A stretch of DNA of 64,000 nt. Source: Eledone cirrhosa (taxonomy: Eukaryota). The stretch is taken from NCBI GenBank assembly GCA_964016885.1, contig OZ024757.1, positions 37,076,001 to 37,140,000 on the forward strand. Direction: 5' to 3'. A program made the translations under genes and the position numbers. The notes below the pieces were generated by a model. The model searched no databases. It worked only from the letters and a program-made list of their open reading frames with translations, and was not told the DNA's origin. Below, in pieces: positions 17,484 through 31,930 of this stretch (positions are counted from its first letter, which is position 1; each line of letters begins with the position of its first letter).

Positions 17484-18059
17484 TAGTAAGGGGTCAACCG
17501 AACAAGGACGTGCGGACCAAGCTATACTGATAGTCCTCAACGAAATGTACATTACGGATTTTAATAAACCAAAACCAACTGAATGTGGCCTCGGATTTAT
17601 ATATATATATATATATAAATATATATATAATAAGACCATTATTCAGCAGAGTACTCGATATTTGGGATAGTAGAGTGCAAATATATTAGAGCTCCTGCCT
17701 TTTCGAAAGTTGCTGTCGAAACGGCAGGAGCTCAGCCGTCGGGCACCGACTCTCTCTCTCTCTCCTTTATATATATATAAATAGCCCTGTAGCATACATA
17801 GAGCACTCTCCCTTCCTACGGAAATACTTTATATATATATATGCACATAGTGTGTAATAAACCGAACTTCAATGGTGGGAATGATCGATTTAAATAAGGA
17901 CAAGACTTAGTAATCTACAACACTCAAGATTTATTAATAAGATATTTTTTTAAAAGTCGTTAACATGAAACAAAATTAGGAAAGGTTGATTAATTATAGA
18001 AATAAATTAAAAAAGAGGAAGGGATAAAATCGAGATGGCAGTGGGGTGGAACAAGAATA

Positions 18060-18400
18060 ATTTCAATAAATATTTGCATTGGAATAGCTTATATATCGAT
18101 CAGTAAGCATTATCGCGACTAAGGCAATCTTAGAAAAAAAAAAAAGTAATTATAATGCATAAGGTGCTTGTGTAAAAACCGAATTATGAAACAGGTAATC
18201 AATTTCAGAAAATATTTGCATTAAAATACCTTATATTTTATCTATCGATCAGTTTAATCATAGGTAATAATTAGTAATAAAAGGTAATCATGCTGCATTG
18301 GGTGCTTGTGTAAAAAAAAAAGAAGGTATTATGAAAGAGGTTAACAATTTAAGAAAATATTTGCATTGGATTGGAATATCTTATATTTTTCTATCGATTA
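18060..18400. repeat. Diverged ~143-bp triplication, each unit with ATTTGCAT octamer
   Basis: AAATATTTGCATT at ~18068, 18210, 18355, each followed by TATCGAT; GGTGCTTGTGTAAAAA twice. Confidence 0.7.
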
Positions 18401-18528
18401 TAGCAAGCATGATCTGAAATATATGAAAATATACAATCGTAGAAGACAAGACGAAAGAGAAAATCATATTGGAAAAGTTACAAAGGTGATAATATGCAAC
18501 ACTTATACCTAAACGTACACACACACAC

Positions 18529-18563
<35 letters not shown>

Positions 18564-18851
18564 CAATCTGTGCTATATAAATACTTATTACACAATGGTG
18601 TCTTTTAAGAAGACAGCTAAAGAAATATACGTACCTAAATGACACCAGTCTAATATCTTCCTGTCTGTCTCTCTCTCTCTCTCTATAAATATATATATGG
18701 TGCTCCAGCATGGCCTCAGCCTGTCGGCTAGAACACGTAATATATATATATAAACATCCATAGCAAGAAACTCGTGTATGTTTATTATACATAAACATCG
18801 TCTTTGTCTTCATATACACACCTACATTATGAACCATGCTATGTTAGTGCT

Positions 18852-18966
<115 letters not shown>

Positions 18967-20459
18967 GGGAGATATTGAGTCTGATCCTTCGTAAAAGGTG
19001 CTGGCTACCTGTTCTCATCCTTTGGGATACGTTACCCGGTATCTAAAGCTATTATTTATAGCGATCGACTGTTGTTACCGTTATTTTCTGTATTTGGGAT
19101 GCCCACATTTTAAAATATACAATATATATTTTTTTATTTATATCGCATACAAATTACTCCTACAGGACTAGAACTGTTTCATTCATTTGGAATCATCAGG
19201 AATGTCCAACGAATGAAAAAGATCCAGGCATGTAGCAGTCATTTCTATATGAAATAAATATGTATCTTTAGTAACGTATTGAGTACCTTATTAAACTGTT
19301 TTTTTTTTCTTGTACCGATCCCCTTCAGAAAGGCCATTCTTCTTAATTATATACATATATATGCAAATTATCATCAGGTAGTACAGGTACATATAGTGGA
19401 TACCTTAATTAACTGTGGTTTCTTTCCGATCTAGAACAGGTATATATATATATGAATTAGGGATACCTGATTTAACTGTGGTGTCTTTTTTTCCCGATCC
19501 CCTTCGGAAATCCATTCTTCACTATATATATATATATAACTAAGAATAGTTGCACATATACATCCACATATATGTATATGTCCCCACAAAATGTATACAC
19601 ACTTCAACAGCATTCTAATAAATATTGCCTGTACAGGTGATCAAAGTGTGCATACATTTTTTTGGACACCCTATATATAGATAACTTGAACCATTAAGTT
19701 ATATATATATATATATATATATATTATTTTTTAAGAAAACAGTATATATATATATAGATAGTAAAGGTGTGACTTTAAATATCATTCATGTATAAAGTGT
19801 GTAAAAAGAAATCAACAACCAAGAACAACACAAATAAGCCCCACACCCCTGGGGTGGGTGTGTCTGTATGATGGAGACAGAGGTTGCCTGGATTATCAAG
19901 TGTCAAACCAACCAGCCAGCCAGCCAATGTCCATTCATATTCATTACTATATATTAAATAGATAGATAATCAGTTAAGTTTAGTTTAGTTTTAGTTTACC
20001 TTATTATGGTTTTAGTTGTAGTCATTTACAAACATCTGTCTGTCCAGCTGCTGAAACTGACATGTACTGAAATATACAACCAATATAGCATGTTGTTGGT
20101 TCCAACATACGGGTTCTTTTACAACTGGCTCTTACAACAATCTCACAACCTCCTCCTGCTGCTGAAACAAATTTACCAGAAATTTTACAGTTTTATTTTT
20201 TTACATTTGTTGTTGGTGGTGCTTTTTGTATATTTTTTTTCTTTATTTTCTTTCTTTGGCTGTAACGACCTACTGTACATATTTATTTTTAATTAATTAA
20301 ATTAAATTAAATTAAATTAAATTTTTATTTTATTTTATTTATTTCGTTTATTTATAAAAAAAAAAATTTAGGTGTTTTTTTTTTTTGTGGTAGCTGGCGT
20401 AGATTATAATTATATCGCTTATGCTTTTATGTTTAAAAATGTTTTCGAAATTATGCGGA

Positions 20460-20805
20460 CTTTTTCGTTCCTCCCCTTCCTCCCTTCTTTCCTCTCTTTT
20501 CCTTCCCTTTCTCTCTCACTCTTTTTCTTTTGCTCTCTTTGTTCCCTTTCTCTCTTTTGCTTTCTCTTCCCTCCCTTGTCTCTTTCTCTCTCTCTTTTAC
20601 TCTCTCTTCCCCCTCTCTCAGTCACCATCGTTCCTCCCCCTCTCTCATCCCACCAACTGTTGCTGTTCTTTCTAATTTCCATCCTCGCTGTTGGTTGACA
20701 AAACAGGAAGCTGTCGTCGCCATTTTTAGACAAGGGAGTCGTAGATTGTAATTTCCTGCTGAGGAAAAAAGAAACAAGCAAAAGTTTACTTGAATTTTGT
20801 AGCCG
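20460..20805 (+). promoter_or_regulatory. Probable epsin promoter / non-coding exon 1
   Basis: CT-rich tract, ETS-like CAGGAAG (20704), YY1-like CGCCATTTT (20718), donor CCG|GTAAGT at 20805/20806, CpG-richer sequence downstream. Link to the ENTH exon is inferred and crosses an assembly gap. Confidence 0.6.
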
Positions 20806-21328
20806 GTAAGTTGGACTTTTATATTTTTTTTTTCCATATCCCCTCCCGAATGTTACTTCCTAAATTTTTTTCGGGGGTGTTTCGTTAACGTAATACGTGT
20901 GCGCAATTTAATGAATACAATTCGATTTTAGCTTAAAACACGCCGATAGTGTTTAGCAGTGAATGAAACAGACTGTGTGTATATGTTTTAAGTGTTGCAC
21001 ATCTTATAGCAGTAAATGGGGGGTCAGTTCGGAATTACAAAACTATAGAAAACCGATCCCCCATTTTACATCCATTGTATTTTTCCAGCTAGAAACAGGA
21101 GGAGGTACCAAGATTATATATACGATCTATTTGGAATGTATTTGAAATATGTACGTCCTGTAACAGTTCCGCCTATATGTATGTATGATTGTGTTTTTCT
21201 TTACTGTTTAATTGCTAAAAACCGAACTGATCGAAATACTTAAAGGTTGTTTGTTGTATAGGTTCGTTGAGTTTATATTTTTCTTCTTCCCATAACCATT
21301 ATCCTCTCTGATTTTCAAGAGGTCGTAT

Positions 21329-21365
<37 letters not shown>

Positions 21366-21744
21366 TATAAATGTACATATAGTATATCTATAGTGTGTAT
21401 ATACACATCATATATATATATATGTATATATACACACACACAGTATATATATATAGAGAGAGACATACACACATATAGTATATATATATATAGTGTGTAT
21501 ACACACACACACACACATAATATATGTATATATATATATATGTGTGTATACACACGCATATATGTATGTATATAAATGTTTTATTTTCTCAGATCGTTTT
21601 TCTAGTCATGAGTAATGAGAAGGATGACTATATACTAGAGCAATATATATATATAATGGTTAGGATATATATATATATAATATATATATATATATACACA
21701 TACATACTATTATATATTGGCATATATATATATTTATATATAAT

Positions 21745-21783
<39 letters not shown>

Positions 21784-21868
21784 CTAACCGTTGCCATTAA
21801 ATTTGTCACTGTCATCACCGGTTTTGTTGATGACATGTTGGTTTAGCCAAGTATAGATTTGTTCATCG

Positions 21869-22068
21869 NNNNNNNNNNNNNNNNNNNNNNNNNNNNNNNN
21901 NNNNNNNNNNNNNNNNNNNNNNNNNNNNNNNNNNNNNNNNNNNNNNNNNNNNNNNNNNNNNNNNNNNNNNNNNNNNNNNNNNNNNNNNNNNNNNNNNNNN
22001 NNNNNNNNNNNNNNNNNNNNNNNNNNNNNNNNNNNNNNNNNNNNNNNNNNNNNNNNNNNNNNNNNNNN
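21869..22068. other. Assembly gap (200 N)
   Basis: Run of n. Confidence 0.99.
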
Positions 22069-22069
22069 T

Positions 22070-22424
22070 TAGTGTGTGTCGGTATATATATAACTCAGTG
22101 TGTGTCTGTATATATATATATATATATATATCTCAGTGTGTGTCTATAGATATGTGTGTGTGTCTATAGATATGTGTGTGTGTCTATAGATATGTGTGTG
22201 TGTCTATAGATATGTGTGTCTGTATATACATATGTGTGTCTGTATATACATATGTGTGTCTGTATATACATATGTGTGTCTGTATATACATATGTGTGTC
22301 TGTATATACATATGTGTGTGTCTGTATATATATATGTGTGTGTCTGTATATATATATGTGTGTGTCTGTATATATATATGTGTCTATATATATATATATA
22401 TATATGTGTGTGTCTGTATATATA

Positions 22425-22471
<47 letters not shown>

Positions 22472-23910
22472 CTATATATATATGTGTGTGTCTATATATA
22501 TATGTGTGTGTCTATATATATATGTGTGTGTCTATATATATATGTGTGTGTCTATATATATATGTGTGTGTCTATATATATATGTGTGTGTCTATATATA
22601 TATGTGTGTGTCTATATATATATGTGTGTGTCTATATATATATGTGTGTGTCTATATATATATATGTGTCTGTATATATATATGTGTCTGTATATATATA
22701 TGTGTCTGTATATATATGTGTCTGTATATATATGTGTCTGTATATATGTGTGTCTGTATATATGTGTGTCTGTATATATGTGTGTCTGTATATATGTGTG
22801 TCTGTATATATGTGTGTCTGTATATATGTGTATCTGTATATATGTGTATCTGTATATATGTGTATCTGTATATATGTGTATCTGTATATATGTGTATCTG
22901 TATATATGTGTATCTGTATATATATATGTATCTGTATATATATGTGTATCTGTATATATATGTGTATCTGTATATATATGTGTATCTGTATATATATGTG
23001 TGTCTATATATATGTGTGTCTATATATATGTGTGTCTATATATATGTGTGTCTATATATATGTGTGTCTATATATATATATGTGTGTCTATATATATATA
23101 TGTGTGTCTATATATATATATGTGTGTCTATATATATATATGTGTGTCTATATATATATATGTGTGTCTATATATATATATGTGTGTCTATATATATATA
23201 TGTGTGTCTATATATATATATGTGTGTCTATATATATATATGTGTGTCTATATATATATATGTGTGTGTCTATATATATATATGTGTGTCTATATATATA
23301 TATGTGTGTCTATATATATATATGTGTGTCTATATATATATATGTGTGTCTATATATATATATGTGTGTCTATATATATATATGTGTGTCTATATATATA
23401 TATGTGTGTCTATATATATATATGTGTGTCTATATATATATATGTGTGTCTATATATATATATGTGTGTCTATATATATATATGTGTGTCTATATATATA
23501 TATGTGTGTCTATATATATATATGTGTGTCTATATATATATATGTGTGTCTATATATATATATGTGTGTCTATATATATATATGTGTGTCTATATATATA
23601 TATGTGTGTCTATATATATATATGTGTGTCTATATATATATATGTGTGTATATATATATATGTGTGTCTATATATATGTGTGTGTCTATATATATGTGTG
23701 TCTATATATATATGTGTGTCTATATATATATGTGTGTCTATATATATATATGTGTCTATATATATGTGTGTGTGTCTATATATATATGTGTGTGTGTCTA
23801 TATATATATGTGTGTGTCTATATATATATGTGTGTGTGTCTATATATATATATGTGTGTGTGTCTATATATATATATGTGTGTGTCTATATATATATATG
23901 TGTGTGTCTG

Positions 23911-23947
<37 letters not shown>

Positions 23948-23980
23948 CTGTATATATATATATATATGTGTGTGTGTCTG

Positions 23981-24011
<31 letters not shown>

Positions 24012-24014
24012 CTG

Positions 24015-24045
<31 letters not shown>

Positions 24046-24048
24046 CTG

Positions 24049-24081
<33 letters not shown>

Positions 24082-24084
24082 CTG

Positions 24085-24117
<33 letters not shown>

Positions 24118-24120
24118 CTG

Positions 24121-24153
<33 letters not shown>

Positions 24154-24156
24154 CTG

Positions 24157-24187
<31 letters not shown>

Positions 24188-24190
24188 CTG

Positions 24191-24223
<33 letters not shown>

Positions 24224-24226
24224 CTG

Positions 24227-24257
<31 letters not shown>

Positions 24258-24260
24258 CTG

Positions 24261-24291
<31 letters not shown>

Positions 24292-24780
24292 CTGTATATA
24301 TATATATGTGTGTGTGTCTGTATATATATGTGTGTGTCTATATATATATGTCTATATATATATGTGTGTGTGTCTATATATATATATCTGTATATATATG
24401 TGTGTGTGTGTCTGTAGATATGTGTGTGTCTGTATATATATATATGTGTGTCTGTATATATGTGTGTGTGTCTGTATATATGTGTGTGTGTCTGTATGTG
24501 TGTGTCTGTATATATATATGTGTGTGTGTGTCTATATATATATGTGTGTGTGTCTATATATATATGTGTGTGTCTATATATATATGTCTGTATATATATA
24601 TATGTGTGTGTGTCTATATATATATATCTGTATATATATATGTGTGTGTGTGTCTGTAGATATGTGTGTGTCTGTATATATATATATGTGTGTGTCTGTA
24701 TATATGTGTGTGTGTCTGTATATATGTGTGTGTGTCTGTATATATGTGTGTGTGTGTCTGTATATATATATGTGTGTCTG

Positions 24781-24813
<33 letters not shown>

Positions 24814-25052
24814 CTATATATATATATGTGTGTGTGTCTGTATATATATGTGTGTGTATATATATATATGTGTGTCTGTGTATATACATGTGTGTGTGTG
24901 TCTGTATATATGTATGTGTATGTCTGTATATATATGTATGTGTATGTCTATATATATATGTATGTGTATGTCTGTATATATATATATGTGTATGTCTGTA
25001 TATATATATATGTGTATGTCTGTATATATATATGTGTGTGTCTATACATATA

Positions 25053-25105
<53 letters not shown>
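22070..25105. repeat. ~3-kb (TA)n(TG)n-TC compound micro/minisatellite with homogeneous 20-bp blocks
   Basis: Direct inspection, e.g. TATGTGTGTCTATATATATA repeated 23270-23640. Confidence 0.97.
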
Positions 25106-25106
<1 letters not shown>

Positions 25107-25995
25107 ACATATAATTAGCTGAGAATACTATAGTTACTCAGGGCCCTAGAGTTTCTTGCAAGAACATACATTCACACACCCATAAATATATGAACACACA
25201 CACACATATATATAGACATATATATATATATATTTATGTGTGCGATGACGCCTTAATACAGATAAGACAGAGGCTTCCTATTTTTTTATGCTCTCGTCAC
25301 CACACCTTAGTTTTTCGATTCATCATTTCAAATATTTCTAGTATATTTTCCTTTGGAAGATAAGGTCTACAACGTTTGGTTGGTGGCAGTAAGACCGTAT
25401 GGTAAATATATATACAGATTTATAAATATATATATATTTCAAATAAAAAAAAAACGGAGTTAAAGACTCATGTATATATATATATATATATAAAGTATGA
25501 CCCCGACGGCAGAGATCAAGCCATTTCGACGGCTATTTCTGGACAGTCCAGAAACGGCGTGAGCTCTGCCGTCGGGGTCATACTTTTTCCTATTACCCAC
25601 TCTACTACCTTAAGTATTGAGTACTCTGGTGCATTATGGTCCATCTGGTTCCTTACCACAACTCGTTATATATATATATATATATACACCTGTGGTTAGA
25701 GGCAAATATTTGGTTGGTGGTAGAAAGACCGTGATATATATACACACACACATATGTATATACACCTGTGGTTAGCACCAGAAGGTAATATTAACCTCCA
25801 AAACCCCACTAACCAAACTAAAGTGATCTTATAAGTATGGGCGTTATCTCACTGTAATATTTACTCTTTAACATTATCCTGTCATATCATTCTTCATTGC
25901 ATAACTCCGCTTATTGGAATCACTATGATTTCTATTCGCCACTAATATGTACGTGTGTGTATGTCTCTCTCTCTATCTATCTATCTATCTATCTA

Positions 25996-26037
<42 letters not shown>

Positions 26038-26177
26038 TGTGTGTATGTATGTGCATACACACAGAAATATACATTTACTGAAATGTACATTTCTGTTAAT
26101 GTATATGTATATGTTCATCTATTGATGTACATTGCATACGAAAGTACCAATATGTGTTTGTGTGTGTGCATATATAT

Positions 26178-26222
<45 letters not shown>

Positions 26223-26349
26223 TACACGCACACATGTGTATATAGAGAGAGAAAGTTAATGTAGATCAGATTTTTAATTAGAGAATTTCGTTGTGAAAAT
26301 ACTGAATTGTAAATAAAGACTTGCTACCATTTCTGTTCACAATTTGCAT

Positions 26350-26408
<59 letters not shown>

Positions 26409-26536
26409 TATGTAATGTACAAATGGTTCGTTCTATTTGCGCTTACATTTCTTATATTCACTGTCGATCTCTATAGGAATAATTCTATACTTTGTAGATA
26501 TGATCTAAGTTTATAGGCCACAGTTTTGCATAAGGT

Positions 26537-26597
<61 letters not shown>

Positions 26598-26619
26598 GTG
26601 TGTGTGTGTGTGTGTTTGT

Positions 26620-26872
26620 AGTCCCATTTTACGAAGGAAAAGTAATGATTTTGACAACTCATCCCCCTTTGTAGATGTAGATGGTCTCCTCCAAGGAGAT
26701 TTGACGGGTGTTTTAATGAAAGGGTCACGCCCATAACCCCACATTCTGTCATGAAAAAAAAAAAAGAAGCTACTTAAAATGACACAGAAACAACACATGC
26801 TGATTGCCTGGTCCGGGAATTGAACCCACGAACTCAAGATCTTGAGTGGAACACCCTAATCACTCGGCCACG
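26620..26872 (-). mobile_element. tRNA-derived SINE (head at 26805-26872)
   Basis: Minus strand reads CGTGGCCGAGTGATTAGGG...GGGTTCAATTCCCGGACC (A and B boxes) but no complete cloverleaf. Confidence 0.6.
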
Positions 26873-27511
26873 TTATTTATTTATGTCACTGATTCAAACC
26901 ATCTGAATTGTCAACATCTTTTTAACGCCATTTGTCCATGATGATGATGATGATGATGATAATATAGTGGATTCGTGTGATTGCATATATCTAACACATT
27001 AGAATAGACATTGTATGTATTTTGCATATTAAAAAGACAAGTACTTCTGCGAGCACACGCATACACATACATATATGTACAGACACACATACGCTGCTGG
27101 GATTCTTCCTTTTCAATACACACACATACACACTCTCTCTCTATATATATAGATCAGGTTTAATGTAGAAATGGCTTCTACAGGATTAGAGGTGTTTCAT
27201 TCGAAAGAAATCATCAGGAAAGCCCCTGTAGAAGCAATTTCTATGTTAAACTGGATGTTTACACTCTACTAATGTATTGAGTACCTTACGTGTATGTGTG
27301 TTGGTGAAAACATAAGTAGAAACAGTGAAACAGTCGGAGATAATCGGATATAAAGTACTCAATACCAAACGTCTGTGGAATGGAAATGTTATTTATGTTT
27401 TTTGGTAAAAGCATCGACATTTTTACAGATCGTACAAGCTGTTTCGTAAATATTCTTCACAATGTCCAGTAATACGGCAGCCAAAATGGAATTCATATAT
27501 ATGTGTTTGTG

Positions 27512-27697
27512 TGAGTCCCGGGCTCAATCGGGGGTAACCACAGTAAGTAAGGTACTCAATACATTTGTAGAAGTATATACAAAATTAAATATAGAAATGG
27601 TTTCTACAGGACTAGAACTATTTCATTTGAAGGAAATCATCAGGAGACCCTGATGATTTCCTTCGAATGAAACAGTTCTAGTCCTGTAGAAGCCATT

Positions 27698-27700
<3 letters not shown>
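27512..27700. mobile_element. Fold-back element, family B, with hammerhead-like core in both arms (related pieces 19161-19345, 27160-27290)
   Basis: 52-bp arms 27593-27644/27649-27700 with 3 transition mismatches; arm contains CTGATGA-TTTCCTTCGAAT-GAAAC..GTC; tail carries GGTACTCAATAC. Confidence 0.7.
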
Positions 27701-27729
<29 letters not shown>

Positions 27730-28285
27730 TGTAGGTATACATTGAATAATTAAACTGCTATGTATGTATGTATTTGTGTGTATGTGCAAACCTTATTTAG
27801 CACTGACATCGTCTAAATCTACTATATTGAAATATAATAGGAAGCTAAGAAAGAAGAAATTAAGGCAAAACGGAAGACTGATGATTGAAATATGGGGGAA
27901 ATATATAAATATATATAAAATATAAAAGAAAAACCACCACTAACAGCCATTAGGAATGCGTTTCCTATTTTATTTTCGGACTTGCATTGTTTTAAAGGTA
28001 GATGTGGAAATGTATTCTGTAGAGTTAAGGATGTGAGCAAACCACGTGTATGAAATTAACAAAGTTTTCATTGTTGTTACGTAAAAGCTTGATCTGACAA
28101 CACTACCTTTATGTTAAACATTAAACACACTGTGTGCGTGTATATATATATATATATATTATACACACACTATATATATAGAGAGAGTGATAGTGTGTGT
28201 ATGTGTGTCTCTTGGAAACATCGTTCAGTGATTTTTAATATTTTCATCTTCCTTGTCTATATGTCATCAGTATTATTTCAAACAA

Positions 28286-28319
<34 letters not shown>

Positions 28320-28661
28320 ATATACACATACATATACATACACACTATGATGTTGTTTTTCTACCTGTATAATTGTATTTACGTACGTACGTGTGTGTAT
28401 GTATATATGTGTTATATATATATATAACACACACTTGCATACATACATACATAGATTATACACACATACATACACACACTATGATGTTGTTTTTCTACCT
28501 GTATAAATTGTATGTACGTACGTGTATGTATGTGAGTGTGTGTGGCAATGTATATGATTAACTCACTAGCATATTAAATAAATCGTATTTATTTTAATAA
28601 TGTCTAGAATATCAGATGACTCAGATGCGTTAACTGTTCTAGTTCAGAGTAATTAGTTAAT

Positions 28662-28707
<46 letters not shown>

Positions 28708-28753
28708 TATATACACACACATATATACACACATATATATCTGTGTGTGTATG

Positions 28754-28789
<36 letters not shown>

Positions 28790-29311
28790 GTTTGTATATT
28801 AAACATAAGGAGAACATATTCACTAATATTTAATTAATAATATTAATTAAAGCAGAGAGTTCACAGTTTTTAGTCCGAGTTTTCGTGCCAATGGGGGTGG
28901 ACAGGAAACTCGGAGTAACTATAGTTGTAAGACTCAATTTATACATGTTGTTTATTTTTATTATCACCATCATCATCACATAGACACACACAAACAAATA
29001 TATATATTTATATATACACACATAATCACATACATATATATATACACGTGTCTATACGAGTTATTGCACACATGCATACATACCCATACCTACATCAAAC
29101 TGTCAACTCTCCCAGTCCAACAGGGAGATCTCTCATACACTTTGGGGTGGAGAGAGATGTCTTCTTTTGTGAAAATGGGTATAGCCTTCATTATGTAAAT
29201 TCTCCCCATATTGCCTCATTTCTCCCCGTTTTGGGGCACCTTTTTTCATGGTACTCCCCCATTTGTGTTTTTAGATGTTGGCAGGTCTTCATACATATGC
29301 ACACACATGTG

Positions 29312-29354
<43 letters not shown>

Positions 29355-29994
29355 CACATGTATATATACACATACATACTCATATACTATACACACACCC
29401 AACTTCTTGATTTTGTTCAATATTTTGTGGATGTAGGCATGGGTGTGTTAAGAGGTTTTGTAATCTTGAGGTCCAGGGTTTGGTCCCACTGTGTGGCATC
29501 ATGGGTATATTATTTTACCATGGGCTAAGGTTATAAAAAGAACCCTAAACACTGCCTTTCTCTCCCTGACTAAACAGTATTTAAAAATGTCATGTCAAAT
29601 AGGGTTGATAGGACTTTACAATCATGTCAAGAACATAATAACTTTCCTAGTGCTGGTGCCACAATAAACTGTTCCCAGTGCACTCTGTAAAGTGCTTGGC
29701 ATTATGTGGGGCGTCCATACTGGAACCATAATAGTGCACACAGTACACAGTGTACTCTGTGAAGTGGTTGACATTAGGAAGGGTTTCCAGCTGTAGAAAC
29801 CATAGCCACATTGGAATGTGTGAAAGCAAAACCTGTTCTTTGATCTTCATCTTCTACTTATTCCAGGGTGGGTCATGAGGGCAGAGTCCTTAAACACTCC
29901 TTCCAGTGGATCTTGTCAGAAGCAACCGTCTCCAGTTGATCTGGCTGGTCTTGCTTGGGGAACCAGCTGGATGTCATCCAACCATCTTGATACC

Positions 29995-30250
29995 TTAACC
30001 CTTTAGCATTTACTTTACTCTATATTTACTATTATATTTTCATGGTAAACTCTTTATCACACATGATATGAAATCTATGAGATTTTGATATTTATTTTGA
30101 GAAGAATACCTAAACTCAGTGTGAGCAGCCAGTTACAGCCGGTGTGAATAGAAATAGGTGAGGGAATTCTGGCCAGATACAACTGGTTTGAACAGAAAGA
30201 GGTGAGAGAATTATGGCTAGATACAGCCAGTTTAAATGCTAAAGGGTTAA
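29995..30250. mobile_element. piggyBac-type MITE (family copies also ~31951-32152, 32568-32775, 34016-34216, 38687-38915, 40198-40384, 40381-40520, 40683-41215, 42621-42790, 46169-46366, 46364-46572, 48827-49042, 49730-49914, 59411-60425)
   Basis: TTAA-CCCTTTAGCATTTA ... TAAATGCTAAAGGG-TTAA: TTAA target site and CCC/GGG termini typical of piggyBac; conserved ~200-bp interior. Confidence 0.9.
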
Positions 30251-31689
30251 TTGTTCTGTCAGTTCATTCCTTTGAAAAATAAACTTGGCTAATGATATAT
30301 AGATAACTAGATAGATAGTATATAGATGAAGAAAGGCATTTTTTTCTCCTCTCGATGTGTCTGTCCAACTCAAGACAGCATGGAAAACAGATGTTAAACC
30401 ACTTATGTTGCTAACCATAATAAATAGCAACGGAGTAGATGGATTTGTGGATATTGGTTTGTTTGTTATTTATTTTTCTTTCTTTTAAAATAATAATAAT
30501 AATAATAATAATAATACTAAATCAACCAAATTTCACTTCACAGCACAGAGCATTCCACCATGTTAAGAATGAATTAAAAAAATAGATTCTGTAGAAAGGA
30601 ACTTAAACCAAAACATAGCATTTTCTGGTAGCTAAATTCAATTTGGATTTTCTTTCTCTCTCTCTCTCTATTATATATATATATATATATATACACACAC
30701 ATATATATATCATAACCACGTGAAATGGATATAGTGAGGAATTATTCAGTCTTGAGTGATGCTGGGGCTAGTTTTTTGTGGGGGAGAGGGGTTTGCAGTT
30801 AAAGAAATGAAAATACGAGTAGAGTAATTCTTCTTCTTCTTTAGTTCCTTATGCACTACTCTAAGGAGTATTAGGTGATGAGAGATTTCCATTCCACCTG
30901 GTAGCAAGCCTTGTTATGGGCCTGCTCTCACTCCTGGTATCTGTTAGTTGATTCTGTAGAGATCTCCATTCCTCAGGGTAGCAAACCTTATCATAGGCCT
31001 GCTCTCAAGCCAGATATCTGTTTGTCATTTCTGTAGCAATTTGGATTAATGGAGGTGAGGTTGCTAGATTCACACTACATCTCTACTCCTTTCTTAATAC
31101 AGGCTGCAAAACTTAGTATTTTGAAGTGAAATCTGTAACCCTGGATAGGGCCCATTTTAAGTACTCTCAGCTGAGCCTGAGATTCAAATCGCTTAATTAC
31201 ATTTATATAAAAGCAAGTTTGTTTATCTCACATCCCTTATGGTTTTAATTTAATGTTTAAATTCTATACACGTGCGTAGATAAACAAACATATATTTCTG
31301 TACATTCACAGTACACACTATGAAATGGTAATGTTGGTGTTTCAATAAACTGCACCCAGTGCATTCTGTAAAATGGTTGGTTTTATGAAGGGTATCCAGC
31401 TGTAAAATGTATGCTAATATATGGAACATGTGAATGAGCAAGACGTGGTTCTCCGACTTATCTAGTACATCATATCAAACTCAGTAATTCTTTTTTTTTT
31501 ATCGAGTTTGCTACCTATTTTATCTATCTGTTTTTCGAACTTCTACATAACAGGACATTAACAAACATTAAAAGCAAACACAGACATAGACACACACACA
31601 CATTTGAGGGGATTCTGTATAGTTTCCATCTACCAAATGTCATTCTGGTACTTTATTTTAGCAACCCTGTAAAGATGGAAGATAAGGTG

Positions 31690-31930
31690 GTGAATTGGCA
31701 GAGTTGTTAGAACGTTGGATAGAATGCTTTGTGGTATTCGTTCTGGCTCTCTGCTCTCTCAGTTCAGATCCCGTCCGCGTCGCCTTTGCTTTTCATCCTT
31801 TCGAGGTCGATAAAAAAAAGTACCAGTCAAGTACTGAGGTCGATTCTTTCTCTACATCTCTTTCTTGCTTCTTCTCTCTCACTTTCTATCCTTCTCTGAA
31901 AGAAATCTGCTGTACTCATGTCTGGAAGAC
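31690..31930 (+). mobile_element. Second SINE group (other copies ~14540-14610, 43555-43700, 43915-44050, 45250-45650 x2, 52370-52505, 52850-53040, 55185-55470, 62590-62740)
   Basis: Degenerate A/B boxes (TGGCAGAGTTG..AGTTCA(A/G)ATCC) followed by conserved TTTGCCTTTCATCCT..GGTCGATAAAATAAAGTACCAGT domain. Confidence 0.7.

Noticed and set aside
22176-25122. ORFs of 700-970 aa (CVYIY repeats)
   Set aside because: Translation of TA/TG compound microsatellite.
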